Positions 52,056 through 64,000 of a DNA stretch of 64,000 nucleotides are shown here, one piece after another (position 1 is the first letter of the stretch; every line of letters starts with the position of its first letter). This DNA is from Tubiluchus corallicola. Lineage: Eukaryota > Animalia > Priapulida. The position numbers and the translations under genes are program-made. The stretch spans positions 248,001-312,000 of the forward strand of contig JAQGDQ010000219.1 in assembly GCA_030141605.1 (NCBI GenBank), written 5' to 3'. The notes beneath the pieces are model-generated. The model did no database searches, was not told where the DNA came from, and saw nothing but the letters and a program-made list of their open reading frames with translations.

Positions 52056-55000
52056 ATGACACGGTAAGTTGAAGTATGAATTTTAGCTTTTTTTTTAACA
52101 CGGTTTTTACATCACCACTTCTCAATTCGGTTTTTGGCTTAAACAAGGTTTTTTTTATTACAGTACTACGCTCTAATAGTTCTTTATTTACACATAAAAT
52201 ATTTAAGGTGAGATGTGTAAAATTAAAATGTTTAATATTTAAGGTCAATTCGCTTTAAGACGCTTCAGTATTGTTCTTGTATTTATATAGTAATATGCTT
52301 TCATGACTTGTGACGCCTCCATTACTGATAAAATTGTCGAATATTTTACTGGAAGTGATAATGGAGCCCGTCAGAAATGACAATTTTAGGGTGCGGCATC
52401 GAGAAATTGGAATCCTATTATATTTCGCTTACAATTCAAAGTAGGGTTTATATACATAAGCAGAGTTTATAATATTGCGGTTATATAATCTGCATGACCA
52501 ATTTCGGATCATTGTTCAGTTCGATATGAATCGAATTTTATTAAATTTTATTTGCTACTTGTCTTTTTTACGTTTAATACCGTAGTGTGTTCTTAACTTT
52601 TCTGCAAATAAATCTTCAAAGCTTTTTTTAAAGTTTTATTGACTAAAAATTCTTGATCTTTTTAAAGGTTCTTCACAATCTTGCACTTTTTCGGTATTTT
52701 GGTTCTGTCATATGGTCAGAGCGGCATTGTCGGGAAGCTGGATCCATTTGTCGTTAATCAGATTTTTCAGGCAGCTGAAGAAACGGTAGAAGCCAGGGAG
52801 GAAGAAGAGATTAAAAACAGTGTACAGGCGTTTGACTTAGGTAGCAATGGTAATAGAACGAAATCGTTATTATTCACAGGTCGCCATCACATCATAGAGA
52901 TCGTATATTCGCCTGGAATTTTGTTTCATTGTTATTTATTAAAATATTCGTCTTTATCTTCATTATCACTTGCTCTACAACTGTCTGTTTACCAATGTTG
53001 ACATTATCATAATCTATCATTATCTCTGTCATTATTGTGGTCTCTGTCATACCGTCATCTTCATCATTATAATCTTATCGTTGTTACCACATCGTCATTA
53101 TATCCAATATCAGTATCACCGCCGTTACCACTACTATTAGCATTATCATTATCTGCCTTCGTGTTTATCATTGTTATCGTCATCATCATTTTATTATTAT
53201 CATCATCACTACCATCATTAACACCAATCATTATTAGTTCATCTGCATTTAATATCAAAATCATTTTTGATTAATTCAATAGTGACGTAAAGAAACTAAC
53301 TGTAATTTAGTTATATCATGTAACAGCATTAACAGATTTTTATGTTATTATGTACCTTTTTTACTTGGATGACATGTACAAGGAATGGCAGCGGCAATGT
53401 TGTTTCATTTTAAAACGTAAACAGATATAATTTTGATTCTGGTAAAATCAATATCAAAAATTTTACAGTGGCGGCGTAAAAATATAGAGTCATTAGTAAA
53501 GCCAAAAGAATTTTTGTTTTGACATTTATTCTTGCGTGTTTTCAGAAATTTCAGAAAATGAACCAGACAGGAGTATCGTGGCTCAAAATGCGTTCTCCAG
53601 AGCCTCAGAGGGAGCTAAGGAAAGGCAAAGGGACGCGGATGTGCTGTTAGAGGCTGGCAGACTTATTGCAACAAAGTAAGCAGCTTTTTTTGTAAGTTCC
53701 CATTTTTGGCTATGACTTGTGCGTTTGGCCTGACTAGTTGTAGAGGTCTCCCTGAAGTTTCCTAAGCCGATCAAGAGGGATCATTTCAGCCATTCCAGCT
53801 CAATTGCCCTTATTTCTGTTGCTCGGAAAGTGGCCAACACGTCTCTATTGTGAAAAACGAAAACAAAAAGAGTAATAACAAGAAATAGTTTTGATTTTTA
53901 AAATAAGACATCGCATTCAAAGAAAAAGTGTTAAGCTAATTGTCAGTGTTAAACAAATTGCGAAATTTTACTAGTTTCAATTAAGTCGTTTTCAAATTGT
54001 TGTTATTTTATTCTGCAGGTTGGGTTTACCGGCAGATAGCTTGGTATTTGTACTGCCGCAGATTGATGTTTCACAATCACGATTTACTGCAGATTGCCCA
54101 TTTAACAATCCCCCAGTTTGCACAGAAAGAAGATTCAGAACAATTGATGGAACTTGTAATAATTTGGAAAACCCATTTTTTGGAGCCGCACTCACACCAC
54201 AGAAACGACTTCGGCCCGCTGATTATTCTGATGGTAAGTGTAATCGGGTATCTGACTTTTTAAGGGTGCATGTAAGCTATGTTATGTTGTAAAAGGGAAT
54301 GAATAATTTTGAAAATTAAATGTATTCCATAGTTTTTCAAAAAAAATCCTAGTACTGCTGTTGTTTTTCCAACCTTTGGCAATATTAGGGGTCAGAGTTA
54401 TGTCGCCCATTGGTTTAATTTGATTGACTCAAAATCACAACTTTGTCATTTCAGCATTCCATCCTAAGCAACAGCAGCATCCTCTTGCAGAGGAGTATGA
54501 TTTGCATAAAAACACCGAAAAAGAGGAATATTGTGAATTTGGAGAAAATCCAGTCTTTGGTTTCGCGGCATGTTTTCTCGCACTAAAAGGCATAAACATT
54601 AAAATTAGGATCTACGCGAGGTAATACTGAAGATGAGAAGATTTCTTCAAGTTGTAAAATCATTTTGCTTCATGTTTTAATTAGGAGCTGATGAACTGCG
54701 GGCAGCAAGAGACGGCGGTCCACTGCCAAATGCCAGAGAAGTGACAGTGAATGTCCATCAGACAACACGACAACTTGACGAAGGAATAACAGCTTTTGTT
54801 TTTCAATGGGGACAATTTCTTGACCATGACATAACTCTCACTCCTATAACAACAGGTAAACTAACTTAGTAAAGCGTTATTTTTGTTCTACGGATTACGC
54901 TTGTGATTAGTATAATTATAGTTTTTGTAATATTACTATACTTTTGTAACATTATTCTCGTGGTTTTCAAAGATAATTTAGTAACGCCTGAAAGTTTATA

Positions 55001-58000
55001 AATGCAACAAATACGACTTTTTAAAAGTTTATTCGCTTTATCGTGTTGTGGTTTTTCCAGTTCATTTTTTATCACTTATTTGATCTTTGTCCTTTAAGGT
55101 TTACCCCAGGGTGGTTTCCATTGTCATTTCATCCATACGCATGCGCATTGTAAAGTAGTGTGACGGCATGCGAATGTACGTATTGTCGTTTCTTAATTTC
55201 AGATGCTCTTGGAAATGAACTACTGTGTTGCGATCCCAACTCGAGAAGTTTTAACAACCGAGAATGTAGGCCGATTCTCTTCAACAATGACCCGGAGTTT
55301 GGAGACTGCAATACCTGCATGAACTTTGCCCGTTCACTTCCCAGTCCCAGACGGGATTGCAAACTTGGTATTTTCCGCCGAAACGTTGCTGAGCTTCCCC
55401 TATTTCCTTGAGGAAGAATTCCTGTGGCTGTTATATATATTCATCTGTATTACGAAAGTTGTTATTCATTTGTACCCCACAATAGAACCAGAAATCCTTG
55501 GCGATTTGTAACACAAGAAACGAAGGCTTATATTAGACAATACGTTGTATCGTGATGATTCATTGATGAAGTGCTTCTGTGTGGCATTTGTACAACTGAT
55601 TAGTTGTTAAGCGGCTGAGGAAAGTGCCGAAAAAATTTTCATCATTTTTAACCAAAGAACTGGGCACTTATGGTGCTGGCACTCATCCTCACAGAAAGTT
55701 AGTTATGCAATGTAATGGCTCTCGGCTTTATAATATCCCGTAGAATGCAAATAATTTGGCCGGGCTTCATTAGACAATGGAATTTTTAGACTACATGTGC
55801 TGTTTTATTTTTCTAAACGTCAGAAAAGATGAAATTTACCAGTTTTATTTAGTTTGTTTCTACAATTATTTGTTATACTTTAGGTGTACGTGAGCAGTTG
55901 AACCAAATTACAGCATTTCTTGATGCTTCTCACATTTACGGATCGGAGGAAGAGGAAGCCTCAAATCTAAGGAGTTTTCAAGGAGGTAAAGGAGTAAACA
56001 CTCTAATAAAATATAGATGAGACAATTAAGTTGCATTGAATGGTTACAGTAATCTGAGGGGAACGTAAAAATCAGCAAAGGTCAAAATAATTTAGGTGTT
56101 TAATCTGCAAGAACGTTATAATTTAAATTGTCAAGCTCTAAAGCTCAAAACTTTTGCTTATACTTAATATGCAAAACGTTTACGAAATCTATTTCAGGAC
56201 AGCTTCGTACAAGTCCACCAAGATTAACGGGTGGTAAACCGTTGCTTCCAACAAGCGAAGAAGAGGCGTGCAATTTACCACCAGAGGTAGGACCGTGTTT
56301 CGTTGCTGGTATGTACAGTTATTATATAGATAAACTTTATTGTTTTGTTAAATCGGGTACCCATACAATTGGGATACAATTAATTTACTTTTCAAATTCG
56401 TTCATATTGTATGCAAATGGACTTCATGTCAATGTGTAAGTCTCTCCTTATGTTATGCTTCCGTCTATTTAGATGTGGTTTGTCAGCTCAAATGGATGAA
56501 ATGGATTAGACATTCAGTGCTTCAAAATGCAAAACAGATAGTCCATAACTTATCACAGATAGCTATATTGGTTCGTGGAATTTTAGTTTAGTTATATGCT
56601 TATATTTCATTGTGCGTGCAACAGTTCTTATATTTCAGGAGACGAAAGAGTGAATGAACAAGTTGGATTAACAACTCAGCACACAATATGGGTCAGAGAG
56701 CACAACCGAATTGCTGCTATTCTGCAAGGACTTAACCCAACGTTAAGCGATGAAGCGATTTATCAGGAGACAAGGCGCATTGTGGCAGCCGAGACGCAAC
56801 ATATAACTTTCAATGAATTCCTGCCCGTTGTTTTTGGGACAAACTTGGTCTACAACTCGGATTGGGTCAACTTCGACTTGCGCTTGGCATCCAGCGGTTT
56901 TGCAGTCGAGAATGGCTATGATCCAAATATCGACGCTACAATTGCGAATGAATTTTCAACAGCAGCGTACAGATTTGGTCATACACTCATCCCACCAGAT
57001 TTTATGAGAATATCGGAAAAAGGCAACTCCCCGCTCCCATTAAGGGATACTTTCTTAAAACCGTCAGTCCTTTTTGATAACAATACAGTTGGTGGCACTG
57101 ATCCGATTACAATAGGTATGACAAGGCAGCTAGGGGAAAAAGCAGATGCTAATATTGTCGATGAAGTTAGGAATAGACTATTTCAGTCCATGCCAAATGA
57201 GCGTCTTGACTTACCTGCCCTGAATATTCAACGAGGACGGGATCATGGAATACCTGGTTATAATACCTACAGAGACTATTGTGGATTGCGACGTGGACGA
57301 TTAATCGATGATTTTATCGACGAAATCGATCAAGAACAAATTAATAGATTAAAAGCCGTTTACAGGTATCTGGAATTATGCTAACCTAATTTCAGCACCA
57401 GTTCGAGAAACAGAAATCTGTAAAATCTATTAGGTGTATCTATTACTTAGGAAAGCTTGCTGAATTTTGCTAAGATTTTATCTTAGGCATATCTAAACAA
57501 GCATATGTACAGTGCTTCCGAAAAAAAACAGAATACGATGTGCCTTACTAAAGTATTTCAAATACAATTGTGTTTAATAACTTCTGTTAATTTTCAGAAA
57601 TGTAGACGACGTAGATTTATTTGCTGGCGGGTTATCTGAACGACCTGTCGGAGGAGGATTAGTCGGGCCAACGTTTGCGTGCATTATTGGTAAACAGTTT
57701 GACGAATTGCGCAGAGGTGATCGATTCTGGTATGAGAACGGTGGATTCCTGTCAAGTTTTACTTTAGGTGAGTGAAGGGGTGTTCGAATGTTTCGGGAGG
57801 GAATCGGGGGTCGGGTCGGGGTTCGGGTCATTAACTAAAAATAATTATTAGTAAACCGATAAGGAAATAATTGCGAAATTATTTCATTCTTTCTTTCATT
57901 TTCACAATTGTAGCTTTAACCAGTTAATATCGCCCACGGTGAGTTAATGACTAATCTACCAAAATAGATTAGTGACATTCACAGATGACTGAATGGACTT

Positions 58001-59675
58001 GCTCTATACTTACCGTGGAAAGACAATCATGCGTTTATTTTAAACTATTTATAAGTTGTTTTGAAAAATAACGGAACCTTTGTAATCACGTGCTACAATA
58101 AATTATCAAAAAGATATTTTGTCACAAAATTTAATCTATAAATAACTTGGTAAAGGGCCCATTTTTCCCGATAAACCTCAGAAGCCTGAAGCAAACGTTG
58201 CTTTTCAAATATAAACTTTTTCAACTTCCGTGTCAGGATCGGTGTCAGGACGGGAAGAGGGAACGGGGTTTGACAAAAATTCGGGAGTCTGGATCATGAT
58301 GGCCTCGAACGCAAATAAATGTGAACAAATTGGAATGTAGCCTGGATTTGAACCAGATATATTCTATATCTACAAGGCAGGCGCCATAAATACCCAGACT
58401 ACCGTGTTCCCCAGTGATTATGACAATTGAAAGTTATATCTGACTAACCAGTTCAGCATTCCAGTGTTAGACCACTCACGCAAGATCTAATTAAAAGAAG
58501 ACGGGATGAATTTTCATATACTACCCCATTTTTAAATCCGATAAAACGTATACATTTTAACACAATTAATACTGCAAAAGCGTTTCTGGTAATTAAATAA
58601 TAGATTAAAAACTTAATTAACGGTCGGCGAGCTCAACTGTTGATGACATCACAAACTAACATAATTTTCAACATTTCTTTTCAATATTTTAAACAGTAGA
58701 TCATTTTGACCAACAATTTAATCATTGGGTGCGGTTTTGCTTTAAATTAATTTTAATTCTTTTCAGTCTAAAATTGTGGTCATGAACATTGTAATCTTGA
58801 TTTTTAAGTTATAAAATTTTAATTGACAAATAATCATGCCTTGGTTTGATGTCATTTTCAGTATTTCAAAGCTGAACTGATAATTAACGGTAAGCAAAGT
58901 CAATATATTGATTTATCATAATTATTCAATTAAGTAATTGTGTCGTTTCAATTCATGAATTTTTCTTTTACACAACATTGTTAGAGCAACTTGAAGAAAT
59001 TAGGAAGGTGACACTGGCAAAAATTCTGTGTGACAATGGTGATAGTATTCGCGAAATACAACCTGACGTCTTTAGACCTCCAACTCCTGAACAGTTAGTA
59101 TATGCTAAATACATATTGCGTTGCTTTAGCTAATAGCTCGTGTTTATTATTTTTACACGCCACTAGTCTAGAATTCCGTTTTATTTCTCCGATTCGTTTT
59201 TGCAACGCATTTTGCATATTTGCCAAGCAGGTTTAAAGATAATGATGGTGATTAAAGAAGCCTTCCAAGATAAAAATCGTTAGTACGTTAATTATTGCTA
59301 TTCAAAACAAGAGACTAATCACGGGCAACAGAGTCCCAGTTTTGTGGAAACTTTTGTCACTTAGTTTTAAGCTATAGTTTTATAGTTTATATTTTCGTTT
59401 CTCCAGGCAGGGCTTCCAAACCGTAGGTTTATACTCTACATGAAACCTTCAAATATATGAGGTTTTAACAATTATTTTCATAGTAATTGCTTACTAAGAT
59501 ATTAATTAACGACATTGTAATTTGATTTATTGCGGCCGTATATTGTATTGTATGTGTGAATCTTCAGTAAAATGTTCTGTTCTTGGTTTTTTTTTGCAGA
59601 AACAACATTGTTTCATGCAGTTCGCTACCTCAAGTTAATATTCAGAATTTCTGGAGACGACTACGAGATTTTTAA
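52056..59675 (+). CDS. secreted animal heme peroxidase (peroxinectin/chorion-peroxidase-like), 12 coding exons, ~721 aa
   Basis: Exons 52056-52063, 52668-52849, 53546-53675, 54019-54233, 54685-54855, 55203-55367, 55884-55985, 56198-56308, 56639-57365, 57598-57767, 58985-59093, 59600-59675 (GT-AG, 2166 nt). Signal peptide MTRFFTILHFFGILVLSYG; RTIDGTCNN; distal His in QWGQFLDHD; Ca site ITAFLDASHIYG; distal Arg/Glu in GDERVNEQ; proximal His in AAYRFGH; ALNIQRGRDHG; GDRFWYEN. No LRR, Ig or vWC domains, so it is not peroxidasin. Confidence 0.93.
52950..53250. repeat. degenerate (ATC/ATT)n low-complexity tract, peroxidase intron 2
   Basis: Seen directly. Confidence 0.75.
57776..58312. mobile_element. 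MITE related to 5395-5563, starting 8 nt into peroxidase intron 10
   Basis: Begins aggggtgttcg with gggtcgggtcggggttcgggtc repeats. Similar repeats occur at 58230-58295. The right TIR is decayed. Confidence 0.5.
58331..58412 (-). pseudogene. tRNA-derived fragment (SINE head or tRNA pseudogene)
   Basis: The minus strand has an A-box-like GGTAGTCTGGGT and a B box GGTTCAAATCC within a T-arm CTGG-TTCAAAT-CCAG. Acceptor and anticodon stems do not pair properly. Confidence 0.5.
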
Positions 59676-59769
59676 TCGACATAATTTTATACGCTTCGGA
59701 TGACACTTCGTTTTTAAAGTGTGCAAAGTTTATGTCCGTCTGCTGATACACGTAATCTCAATGGTGTAC

Positions 59770-59775
59770 AATAAA
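59770..59775 (+). terminator. polyadenylation signal for the peroxidase gene
   Basis: AATAAA 95 nt after the stop, followed by a T/GT-rich tract. Confidence 0.6.
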
Positions 59776-60889
59776 TTATTAAATGGCTTCTAACTTTCTG
59801 ACTTTGTTCGTATGTAATTTAAATGGTAACCTAAAGCTAGCTCACTTTTTATTTATGTCAAACGGGCAACTCATGCAGTAGACGCCTGCCTGACAACTAC
59901 CCACTCACTTGTCACTAGCAACATGAGAGATCATGTCACACTAAAGCACGTTTTTGAGAAATAAGTCCACTTCCAACACATGTTATATCCGTTGGACATA
60001 GTCGGATCGTGAGTCAATAACGTCCGTGTATCCACAGTGTACCCAGGACATTAAAGCCAAATTTTGCAGAGGAGTTGTTTTGATACATTCTTGAACTGCT
60101 TTTTCTTTGAGGTCAAAATACAATAGAGCACGACGTGTTTTACACAAACTTATAAAATACTTCTAAAATGCATGACCAAAAAAAAAAACAATCAAAATTT
60201 TGGTAGAAATGTTATCCGTAGACCACGGCGAGTGAAATAACAACTATTGCAAATAGGTTACAAGGTTAACGATCAAAAGTTAGAAAACAAGTTTACAGTC
60301 AAGGTTATACATATCATTAATTAGTGAAATGCCAACAGTAAATCCTCGTCCGTCTGCATCCATGTGTCCGTAACTTGTCTCCAGTTATCGGAACTGATAG
60401 ATAGACAAACTGAACCAGAAATTTATTTTTTACGTGGATACATTAAAATATGCATGAGAAAAAATTACAAATAAAAATTAACTTATGTACCAAGCAGTTC
60501 TTAGTTACCCTCCACATATATGTACGCGCGTACTGTAAATTTTGTCGAATGCGCTTATATGATGACTTTAAACTATCACATATATATAATGCTTAATATA
60601 TTACATGACACGTACATCTCACAGTCTATTATGCTATGCCCAACATTAGGATCATTTTTGCATGCCCATCTCTGTTGCAGACTGATTTCGTATACAGGCG
60701 CATAAGATATAAAATCCACAAACACTTTACTGAGACAGATTATTGCTCATCTGCGAGCTCTATAAACGCTGTTTTGCCACACACATATTTCTATAAAACA
60801 CTGGTCGCACACGATAAAAATGTTGCTCAAAAAACGATGAACTACTGGAGTTTTAACTAACACAAAATAACTTCAGAACATGGTAACAT

Positions 60890-61306
60890 CAGGGCCTATT
60901 TCAGCCTACGCGAGGCCCGGGGAAGTGGGGCGTGTGAGGCCCCATGGGGGGTAGATGTGAGGGGTCGAAGCGCCGGAGGGCGGGCACTGTCTCGATTGGC
61001 GCCCAGAAAATTTTTGAACTGCTAGAAAGCCAGAGAAGCATTTTCGAAGAAAAAATATGGAGTTATACAGTTGTTAAAGGAATTGAAAGAAAAACTGCTT
61101 TATTCTCAAGACCAGTCCTAATGCTTGTCAATACTGGCAAACGGCGCGCGCGCGAGAGAGAGAGAACAGGAGAGAGGGAGAGAGAGAGAGAGGCAGTATG
61201 TTCGCATGAAGCAAAAAAATGTTACCTTGACGCGAGGCCCCCCTGGAGGGTAAGGCCCCGTGGAAGTATCCCCACTCCCCCCCCCCCCGCCTTGAAATAG
61301 GCCCTG
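60890..61306. mobile_element. intact hAT-superfamily MITE (417 bp)
   Basis: Perfect 14-bp TIR CAGGGCCTATTTCA/TGAAATAGGCCCTG and perfect 8-bp TSD GGTAACAT (60882-60889 and 61307-61314). GC-rich subterminal gaggccc repeats. Confidence 0.93.
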
Positions 61307-62939
61307 GGTAACATGCTGTGTTTGGAACTTGTTTGATCAATTCCAATGACGCAATATTAGTTACAGTTACAATAGTGTAACTTTCGAAGCATTTAATCGT
61401 GGTATTTATTTTTAGTAGTCACGCGTGTCTAGGTCCTTCATTGTAACTTCTTGTTAGCCGGCGTGACGCCTCCAGGGTATTTCCGGTTTAGTGGAGGTAA
61501 CGACTATGTCAATTCGTGCATAAGACAACAGACAATCGGAACTATTGTGTCAGTCTGCTGAAACTCGTGGGCACCAAAATATTTTCACTACAAAACTTGT
61601 ACATTGGCAAACGTCATCGCAGATTTAAAAAATATTTGTTGACATTCTTATAAAAAAAGATAAGATAGGTGTTTGGTGAATTAGTTTGCAATCTGTGTTT
61701 CGTTAAAAGGTGCTGCTTATTGAGAAAGTATTGAAACTGTTTTAACACTTAATATACAGAACACCAACTTATTACTGTGTATTCCTACAATTACTTTGCC
61801 GAAAATTATTTCATTCTTAAAACATGAAAAGGTATGTTAAAAATGAAATTATTTTGCTATTTTTAGTTGTAAAATGATGGTAAAGTTTTCTAGATAGACA
61901 GAAAACTTGCTTTAATTTCTAAATTTCAGATCGTATTTGTTTAGAAGAATTTCTTGCAAAATTACATAAATAATAGAAGAGTATTATTGCCTTATTGGGT
62001 ATTAATGAAAACAATAGCCGATTGTGAACCTTCTATTGGCCTACTCTTTCAATTATTTTACAATAATTAAGAGAAGTGTCCACCTTTACGTTTAACTGTA
62101 GCAAGAAGATTTTTTGATGGCTGAGCTGATATTTCTTTTATAAAAGTTGAATTTTATTAATATGATCAAATTTATTTTTTTGAAATCTTGTATTAAAGTT
62201 TCGCCAAAGCTTCGAAAACGCAATCTCTAAAACAATCTTGATAAAATCCCTATTGCATTTAGCTAAACTATGCTAAACTATTTCAGTACGGAACGAAATA
62301 TTATTTGTTGACAAATTCAAAAACCATATTAAGTATACTTATGTCAAAATGTTGCTAACAGTGTCCATTATTAAACTAAATTTGAACTTCCAGACGTTAT
62401 GGGTAACGTAATTACTATGCCATAATTAGTTTTTCCAAAATGGTTAACAAAAAGACATTAAAATAAGGCGTTTGATCGCATCTATTTAGCTGTGGTCTGG
62501 AATGTGTGCGTAGCAGATTACCGTTTTTTTAATTTTTTTTTCATCTTTTTCATTTAATAGTAGTTTAACGTTATAGGCAGTCTCTGCACGCTATGAAGTG
62601 CAGTATCACGCTGCTGAAAAACTCTGGATTTATGCCTATCATTATGGCTGCCACTCGATTTTATTTTGTCTCCGTTTTAAACGTTCAATTCGTTGATGTA
62701 ATAGGTTTTATCAACTCTTTCAACATGTTAAACACCGTCTGCACTTTAAGACATTTAGAATGAAAACCAATGAGTTGCTACTCTGGTAGTTTTATTGTGT
62801 AGCGAATTTTATCTGAGTCGAACGAAGTGTTACACTAGGAACGAAAGTTCAAAAAATGAGCTTTTAATCAACTGTAGCTGTTATCAACATATCAACAAAT
62901 TCCATTTTAATTAGCATAATTATAACCAGCCATCAAAGA

Positions 62940-63672
62940 AGATTTCATGACAACCGTCTGCTCAAACTGAATGCTTTATATATTGCAAAATCAAGTTGCT
63001 AAAGCTTTTCGCGTTGTAAACGTGATTTTTCGCTGTTTCATACGAAGAACAAAAGTGCCCTTATGGATGCTTACAAAGCTTATGTTTGGGCGCTACTGGA
63101 ATATTGAACACCAGTTCGGTCACCCCATTATGTGCAGGACATTGATGCTATAGAAATGGCTCATCAATACTTTACAAGTACAACCACTCGAAGTAGTCTG
63201 ACGAATAATTTTTGATCTTAAGATGGTTTATAAAATATGCAATAAATTAGTAGATTTGTCATTTGGTGATTTCTTTCGCTATGCTCCTACCCGAAATTTA
63301 CATGGTCACAATGACAAATTGTTCAAACATTATCCTAGATTAGGTATATACAAATATTCTGTGGCAAATAGAGTAGTCACCAACAGACTAGCAAACTGCA
63401 ACCGTTTAAACTATTGCCATGTTAATCGGTTCACGTAAGCTATTTTTTCTTCACTGTAGTCTCTCTCTGTTTAAGTTTTTTAAGTTTTTTGTTTAATCAT
63501 AAAATTTCTACCGCACCTAATTCGATTTATAACTGTATAAAGTAGGTATACTATTATACATTGTACTTTATGGCAAGCATAATTGCTACATGCCTGCTGC
63601 CATTTTCTTTTATAAAAAAGTATTTTTATAAATGTCCTTAAATGTATAAAAATAAATAAATTAATTAATTAA
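62940..63672 (+). mobile_element. decayed CR1-type LINE 3' fragment
   Basis: CR1 C-terminal remnants across frames: KAFRVVNVIFRCF, AYKAYV..LLEY, SPHYVQDIDAIE, VYKI..KLVDL..DFF, LHGHNDKLFK..RL...KYS.ANRVV. Ends in an aaataaataaattaatt tail. Confidence 0.8.
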
Positions 63673-64000
63673 ATGATTATTATATGCTATAAATTCTTGT
63701 GACATTGCAACTAATATGTTAGCACGATGTTAATGAGATATCATCAGTCTGAATCAGAGCATTCGGCTTCAATACAGCCGGAATTATATTTCGATGAATA
63801 CTCGTTTTTTTACTACTCGTTTTCGATCGTGACACGTCTTCAGTTTCCAGTGTCCGAGTTGGAAGGGATGGTGCTTCTGGGAATGTTAGAATTGGTTCGC
63901 AAGACACAAGCTACTTGAACTTTACCCTTTTCTGAATAACCATGTTGTACTTGGTCATTAAGCGCCATTTATCGTTTGTCATTAATATTCGCACAAATTT

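Noticed and set aside
52056-59675. Calling the peroxidase PXDN, MPO or TPO
   Set aside because: It has no LRR/Ig/vWC domains, no TM/CCP/EGF tail and no sulfonium Met, so orthology cannot be assigned without a tree.

Overview
AT-rich animal (probably invertebrate) genomic DNA with spliceosomal GT-AG introns. I assembled four complete multi-exon genes by hand from splice signals and reading-frame phase. (1) A 17-exon K+-dependent Na+/Ca2+ exchanger (SLC24A3/4-like; minus, 18204->4671, ~750 aa). (2) A 3-coding-exon NIM1K kinase ending in a CaaX box (plus, 33053-37411, ~508 aa). (3) A 4-exon CD225/dispanin (IFITM/PRRT-like) membrane protein with a PPxY motif and a Tyr-rich tail (minus, 48058->42778, ~161 aa). 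(4) A 12-exon secreted animal heme peroxidase with an RGD in the peroxinectin KGD position (plus, 52056-59675, ~721 aa), head-to-head with the CD225 gene. Introns and intergenic DNA hold four truncated LINE relics, an intact hAT MITE with an 8-bp TSD, a piggyBac-type MITE with TTAA TSD, Helentron-associated (HINE/pearl-like) elements, foldback-like elements with nested insertions, a tRNA-derived fragment and many microsatellites. The best candidate for an undescribed system is the divergent CD225/peroxidase pair, which carries ISRE-like and GAS motifs and may be an invertebrate immune locus. This is inference from short motifs and is unproven. No CRISPR, rRNA or intact tRNA was seen.
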